Positions 59,771 to 64,000 of a stretch of 64,000 nt of DNA are shown here, piece after piece (the first letter of the stretch is position 1; each line of letters opens with the position of its first letter). Both the position numbers and the translations under genes were made by a program. The notes beneath the pieces are model-generated. The model saw nothing but the letters and a program-made list of their open reading frames with translations, did no database searches and was not told the origin of the DNA. Source of the DNA: Bacteroidaceae bacterium (GTDB taxonomy: Bacteria; Bacteroidota; Bacteroidia; Bacteroidales; Bacteroidaceae); contig JAFTAJ010000040.1 in NCBI GenBank assembly GCA_017458585.1, forward strand, positions 5,422 to 69,421, read 5' to 3'.

Positions 59771-60493
59771 ATGAAGCAGATATTGTTTGTCCTTGGGGCG
59801 CTGGCCATGCTGCCGCTGATGCTCAACGCATTTACGAAGAAGGATGTGTTGGTGCTGATTGGCATGACCGACTATGAGTATGAGAACTACCACATCTGCG
59901 ACATGGGGCCGTGGACGGATGATGACGGCAACCCGCTAGACAGTTGCGGGGTGGGGTTGACGCCCTTTAATGGTGGCGAGTCCGAGTACTGGCAGGTGTG
60001 CGACTCCCTGGAGGCCGAGTATGACGCGGGCAACAAGAAGGTGGTCAACATCACCGCGGGCTTGAGAGAACTTTTCCCCGCTCTGTTTGAAGGGGAGGAG
60101 AGCGAGTTCGGCATCGACTTCAGGCTGCCGCTTGCCGACTTCAATGTGTTTTATCTTGCCGACCGCGGCATCTACGTCCGGGACACGAGCAACGACGTGG
60201 AGCCCCAGTTCCCCGGCGGCACGCAGGCTCTGCTGGACTTTGTGTCGGCCTGCATGCGCTATCCTAAGCAGAGTCTGGACGCTGGCGTGCAGGGCAAGGT
60301 GCTGGTGTCGTTTGTAGTGGATGTGGATGGCAGCATCACAGATGTGGAGGTGCTCAAGAGCGTGGACAATCTGCTCGACTGGGAGGCCAAGCGCATCGTG
60401 AAGAGGATGCCGCACTTCGCACCCGGCATCCGCAACGGAAGGCCCTCGCGCTTCAGGTATAACATCCCGATAAATTTCAAATTAAAGGATTAA
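59771..60493 (+). CDS. TonB C-terminal domain-containing (energy transducer TonB-like) protein
   Basis: 240 aa with a signal/TM. The C-terminal EPQFPGG..AL..F....YP......GVQGKV.VSFVV..DG.I.D.....S...LD.EA.R.V is TonB_C-like. Confidence 0.7.
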   Translation: MKQILFVLGALAMLPLMLNAFTKKDVLVLIGMTDYEYENYHICDMGPWTDDDGNPLDSCGVGLTPFNGGESEYWQVCDSLEAEYDAGNKKVVNITAGLRELFPALFEGEESEFGIDFRLPLADFNVFYLADRGIYVRDTSNDVEPQFPGGTQALLDFVSACMRYPKQSLDAGVQGKVLVSFVVDVDGSITDVEVLKSVDNLLDWEAKRIVKRMPHFAPGIRNGRPSRFRYNIPINFKLKD

Positions 60494-60496
60494 GAT

Positions 60497-60535
60497 ACAT
60501 CTCACATCTTACTTCTTACATCTAACATCTTACAT
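60497..60535 (+). repeat. heptamer array CTTACAT-type up to the start codon
   Basis: acatctcacatcttacttcttacatctaacatcttacat is followed by the ATG at 60536. Confidence 0.85.
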
Positions 60536-61504
60536 ATGAAACGTCTTCTTTATTTCTTTGGTTCTGTAGTGCTGGCGACGATGATTGGGTCGTGCGGCCA
60601 GACAGAGAATGGTAATGGCGTGGACTCCGACTCTATCCGCACAGCCGACAGCCTGGCAGAGGTGCTGCGCCGCGACAGCATAGAGTGGGCGAGCTTCACG
60701 TCGAAGGACCTGACCTTCTTCGGAGTGCACGGCCACGTGAGGACTATGTTCTACGGCGGCATGACGTATGAGTTTGACTCGCTGGGCAACTGGACGAAGA
60801 TTGACGACGTGAGCCCCTTCGGCCGCAAGATTGACTTCTACGACAGCTACAGCGTGTTTAAGCGCAATGCCCACGGCTACATAGACCACGAAGAGTTTTG
60901 GGAAGGCGGCGGCGAATATGTATGGACCGACGGCCGCATAGTGGGCGAGAACTCGTTTAACTGCGCCTATGAGTGCCGCATGTCCTACGAGTACGACTCG
61001 CTGGGCAATATCGGCGCCGTGACAATGGTGGAGAGCGACGATGCCGGCGACACATGGTCGAAGCCGAGCCGCATAGAGTACAGCTACAAATCGTTTGACA
61101 ACCACGACAACTGGACTCTGCGCAAGAGCACCTTCGGCACCGAGGAACGATTCTTCGTGTACTACGACGACCCACGCCACAGTGAGCCGCAGACGGACTT
61201 CACACCTTGGGACAAGGAGTATATCTTCAGTGGCAACATAGGCACAGAGAAGAAGCGCCACCTATGCATCAGCAAGAAGGGCGGCGTGTATGTGGTGAAC
61301 AACGGGTCGCGCCACACAAAGATAGACAACTACAACAAACAGACCGGCGAGCTCATCGTAAGTGCTCTTCGCGCCAGCGACGAGAAGAAGCTGGGCGAGT
61401 TTAAGGGCACTATTAGTCGCGAGCCTCTCGGCAAGCTGCGCTACAAAGGCACGTTCACCAACACCCAGGGTGGCAGTGTGGCATTTAATCTTGTGAGCGA
61501 CTGA
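60536..61504 (+). CDS. hypothetical lipoprotein with YD-repeat-like motifs
   Basis: 322 aa with lipobox MIGSCG and repeated YEFDSLGNW / YEYDSLGNI motifs. Its 3' end overlaps the convergent CapA gene by 20 nt. Confidence 0.55.
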   Translation: MKRLLYFFGSVVLATMIGSCGQTENGNGVDSDSIRTADSLAEVLRRDSIEWASFTSKDLTFFGVHGHVRTMFYGGMTYEFDSLGNWTKIDDVSPFGRKIDFYDSYSVFKRNAHGYIDHEEFWEGGGEYVWTDGRIVGENSFNCAYECRMSYEYDSLGNIGAVTMVESDDAGDTWSKPSRIEYSYKSFDNHDNWTLRKSTFGTEERFFVYYDDPRHSEPQTDFTPWDKEYIFSGNIGTEKKRHLCISKKGGVYVVNNGSRHTKIDNYNKQTGELIVSALRASDEKKLGEFKGTISREPLGKLRYKGTFTNTQGGSVAFNLVSD

Positions 61505-62384
61505 CGCGCGGCCTACAGTTGACAATATCGATGGGGAGGGCGGTATAGTCCGCCAGCCCCTCGGCAGTAAAGCGTAGCATAATGAGCTGCGCTTTATTGC
61601 ATTTCTCGGGGTGCTGGTCAAAGACGAAATTGCCGATGCTGTACCACACGGGCGTCGTACCCATCACCTCGTGGGTCTGCAGCACATGGGGATGCTGGCC
61701 TATGATGGCCGTGGTTCCGGCCCTGGTCAGCGCGGCGGCGGCGAGGCGCTGCTGCAGGGTAGGGGAGTCGCGAAACTCTTGCCCCCAGTGGATGAAGACG
61801 ACGACTGGTACCGCAGGGTGCGCCGCGTGGTAGCGACCGACGGCTGCCGCAAGCTTGTCGATGGATGTGTAGCAGATGGCGGGCTTATCGTCGCTCGGGG
61901 TGGTGAACCAATTCTCTATGGGCACGGTGACGGCGTTAAACACGGCGACATCTACGCCATGAGCCGAGATAATGGTCGGCAAGAGCAGGCTGTCGCTATT
62001 GGTGGCATAGCCGATGGGCGTGATGCCGTTGCGCCGGAGGCACTCGCGCGTGTCGCTCAGCCCGAGCAGTCCTTGGTCCATAGAGTGATTGTTGGCCATG
62101 GCGGCGTGGGTAATGCCAGCTCTGCGCATGGTAGCGGCAGCGATGGTGTCGGCACGGAAGATATATTTCTTGTTCACCCGGCGCCTCCTCATGGTGAGGG
62201 GGCACTCCAGGTTGATCACGGCAGCGTCGGCCTTGTGCAGAGTGGAGGCTATGTCGCCAAAGACATAGTCGTAGCCGTGCTCTTCCACTACTGTGCGCAC
62301 ACCGCGGTCGAAGAGCACATCGCCCCCGAAAAGGACTGTCAGCGTGTCAGCCGCAGTAGCCGACACGCTGACGAGAAGGAACAA
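61485..62384 (-). CDS. CapA family (metallophosphatase-like) protein
   Basis: 299 aa. The pattern LFGGDVLFDR...INLECPL...MANNHSMD is typical of CapA. It has only a TTG start and a short N-terminus, so the start is uncertain. Confidence 0.65.
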   Translation of the reverse strand: MFLLVSVSATAADTLTVLFGGDVLFDRGVRTVVEEHGYDYVFGDIASTLHKADAAVINLECPLTMRRRRVNKKYIFRADTIAAATMRRAGITHAAMANNHSMDQGLLGLSDTRECLRRNGITPIGYATNSDSLLLPTIISAHGVDVAVFNAVTVPIENWFTTPSDDKPAICYTSIDKLAAAVGRYHAAHPAVPVVVFIHWGQEFRDSPTLQQRLAAAALTRAGTTAIIGQHPHVLQTHEVMGTTPVWYSIGNFVFDQHPEKCNKAQLIMLRFTAEGLADYTALPIDIVNCRPRVSRSQD

Positions 62385-62391
62385 TATTATA

Positions 62392-62415
62392 GATTTGAGG
62401 TTTGAGATTTGAGGA
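62392..62415 (-). repeat. heptamer/octamer array CCTCAAAT/CTCAAAC (minus sense) upstream of CapA
   Basis: The plus strand reads gatttgaggtttgagatttgagga. Confidence 0.8.
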
Positions 62416-62422
62416 TTATTTA

Positions 62423-62468
62423 GGAGTTATCGCTTCGCTCAGAAGTTACCGCGCTGACGCGCTCGACG
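62423..62468 (-). repeat. 2-unit inverted copy of the mini-hairpin + GATAACTTC array
   Basis: The reverse complement reads cgtcgaGCGCgtcaGCGCggtaacttctgaGCGAAGCgataactcc. Compare 57911-57990. Confidence 0.8.
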
Positions 62469-62496
62469 ATAGGCGATGTTTTGATTGAGGCTGGAG

Positions 62497-62559
62497 TATT
62501 GTCTTTAACTTCTAGCCCGCTTGCGGGCGTTAACTTCGTTAACTTCTTTAACTTCTTAA
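62497..62559. repeat. CUUG-hairpin + 9-nt TTAACTTC unit element, copy 2 (3 units)
   Basis: tattgtctttaacttctaGCCCGCttGCGGGCgttaacttcgttaacttctttaacttcttaa ends at the stop codon of the DUF3160-like gene. Confidence 0.9.
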
Positions 62560-64000
62560 TTAGCAACCCGAGCTGTAGAGATACTGTTCGTTAACCTGCG
62601 TCTTGCCGGGGAGGATGTAAGGCTTCATCCACTCCTCCATGCCGGGGGCGGTGCCCTGCTTGAGCATCTCCTGCCACTCCTCGTCGGTAAGGCGCGGAGC
62701 ATCAGCAGGCCTTACAAACTCATGGTAGCCGTAGGTGGCACCGCGGGTAAGATAGGTCTGGCCAGCGATGTTGACCAATACATATATCATGTTGGCGTTG
62801 CCGCAGGCTGCGTAGAGGATGCCCTGCTTCTCGCAGCCAAGCACCATGCGGGTGAAGATGTCAGCCACCTGAGCAATGCTGCGGTCGGCACCTTCCACCT
62901 CGCCCCACGACTGAAGCTCAAGGTCGGGGTCTATCAACCCAAGTGTCATCCACTCAAGCGAGCTACCGATACTGTTGAGCTGGCAGCGCTCGATATAGTC
63001 GGGCGCTTCGCCACGCAGTTCCTTGTCCACAATCAGTTTGCAGAAACCAATGCTCTCCAGCAGGTTCTCTGTCTTGGAGGAGATATCATCATCGATATAC
63101 CCGCAGCGCTTGAGCCACGACTCGGTGTCTTGGATAAGGAGATAGAGCTGGTCCCAGAAGATTTTGTTGGGCTCGACAAAACCGATGGGCATAGGGGCGG
63201 GCAAGTCCTCACCATCGCCACACTCAGCCAGCATCGGTTGCTCGGCATAGAGGATGGCGTCGTGCTTCAGCGTGGCCCATGAGGCCAGCGAGGTATTGAG
63301 GTCCTTATACTGCCAATGGGGAGTGTTGTAGAACGCATAGTCGGTGCGGTCGGTGCGCGAAGCAAGATAGACAAGCAGCTGCAGACGGCGGTCGTAGATG
63401 GTGCCGCCACCAATAGGCTTGCCGGCATACTTGGCGTGGAGCTCCCGATAGACCTTGTCGAAGTCATCCCAGCGCTGAGGATCGCGGTAGAAGTCGTTTT
63501 GCAGTGCCTCAGCCGTCTTGGAGCCGAAAACGGCAAACACATTCACTCCGGAGGGATAGGCCTTGTCACAGTTGGGGGTATCGTCAACCAACTTGCCTAT
63601 GACCTCGTTGTCGCAGAGGAAACGCTGCGGCATAAAGTTGATGTTGAAGCCCGTTATAGACTCCATCTTGGTGGAGAGCTGATTGTGCTCGTTGTTGAGG
63701 CGTATAAGCTCTGCCAGCACCTTAGCCATGACGGCCTTGTCGTTGACTGCGTTGAAGTCGGTGATATTGTTGGCACGCAGATAGTCAGCCAGCTGCAGGA
63801 TAGACACATTGTCGGACGGACCGGTAAGCTGGGTGATAATGTCGCCCATGTGACGGAAATCGTCCTGCTTGGCCTGCGGCATGGAGTTGAAGAGCATGGC
63901 GAGAATGGTGGCATCCTTCACGGCATCTTCGTTCTGGCTAAAGAATGAAGCTGTCTGCACCCACATCATAGAGCGGAAGTAGCACTTCATTCCCTCGGAG
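62560..64000 (-). CDS. DUF3160-like protein, C-terminal ~480 codons; N-terminus probably outside the window
   Basis: The reading frame stays open to the window edge. The family assignment is from memory of DUF3160 proteins in Bacteroidetes and is weak. Confidence 0.4.
   Translation of the reverse strand, partial: SEGMKCYFRSMMWVQTASFFSQNEDAVKDATILAMLFNSMPQAKQDDFRHMGDIITQLTGPSDNVSILQLADYLRANNITDFNAVNDKAVMAKVLAELIRLNNEHNQLSTKMESITGFNINFMPQRFLCDNEVIGKLVDDTPNCDKAYPSGVNVFAVFGSKTAEALQNDFYRDPQRWDDFDKVYRELHAKYAGKPIGGGTIYDRRLQLLVYLASRTDRTDYAFYNTPHWQYKDLNTSLASWATLKHDAILYAEQPMLAECGDGEDLPAPMPIGFVEPNKIFWDQLYLLIQDTESWLKRCGYIDDDISSKTENLLESIGFCKLIVDKELRGEAPDYIERCQLNSIGSSLEWMTLGLIDPDLELQSWGEVEGADRSIAQVADIFTRMVLGCEKQGILYAACGNANMIYVLVNIAGQTYLTRGATYGYHEFVRPADAPRLTDEEWQEMLKQGTAPGMEEWMKPYILPGKTQVNEQYLYSSGC

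Noticed and set aside
1-64000. I searched for mobile elements, integrases, transposases, phage genes, toxin-antitoxin or known defence systems, rRNA genes and CRISPR-cas.
   Set aside because: No ORF in the track shows the corresponding motifs (DDE, tyrosine or serine recombinase, RT, Cas, restriction/methylase, etc.). The repeats found lack terminal inverted repeats with target-site duplications.

Overview
This is a 64-kb chromosomal segment that looks like a Bacteroidales genome, probably Prevotellaceae-like. The evidence is TAnnTTTG-type -7 promoter boxes, no Shine-Dalgarno leaders, two proteins with T9SS C-terminal sorting domains, and OMP_b-brl_3-type barrels. I call about 53 protein genes, one SRP (4.5S) RNA and one tRNA-Thr(UGU). 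Housekeeping content: yceD-rpmF-fabH, serS, a UvrD-family helicase, rlmD, an rlmI-like gene, zapA-rny, MlaFE-like ABC genes, an SDR and an aminotransferase. There is a contiguous glycine-cleavage operon on the minus strand (lplA-like, gcvT, gcvH, gcvPA, gcvPB, lpd). Glycan and host-surface enzymes include GH127, GH27, an M60-like peptidase with ricin-type repeats, and an EEP nuclease/phosphatase with a duplicated N-terminal module. Two paralogous ECF sigma/anti-sigma loci are tied to three ~980-aa outer-membrane barrel paralogs. I found no transposase, integrase, CRISPR array, rRNA or recognisable defence system. The most unusual signals are non-coding. (1) Almost every intergenic gap holds short G-poor 7-9-nt tandem arrays. 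(2) There are several modular hairpin-plus-constant-unit repeat families. (3) A ~250-nt structured element with an 81-nt block (77/81 identical) and a covarying stem lies upstream of gcvT and, 18 kb away in inverted orientation, upstream of a TonB-like gene. (4) A ~380-bp array with 21-nt periodicity is arranged as a long imperfect palindrome. The best protein-level candidates for uncharacterised systems are the NifU-like/GGGtGRT/DUF1846 operon and the ECF-OMP paralog cluster, which shows mosaic gene-conversion tracts. All calls come from reading the sequence and ORF track. No database search was possible, so family names are recognition-based.
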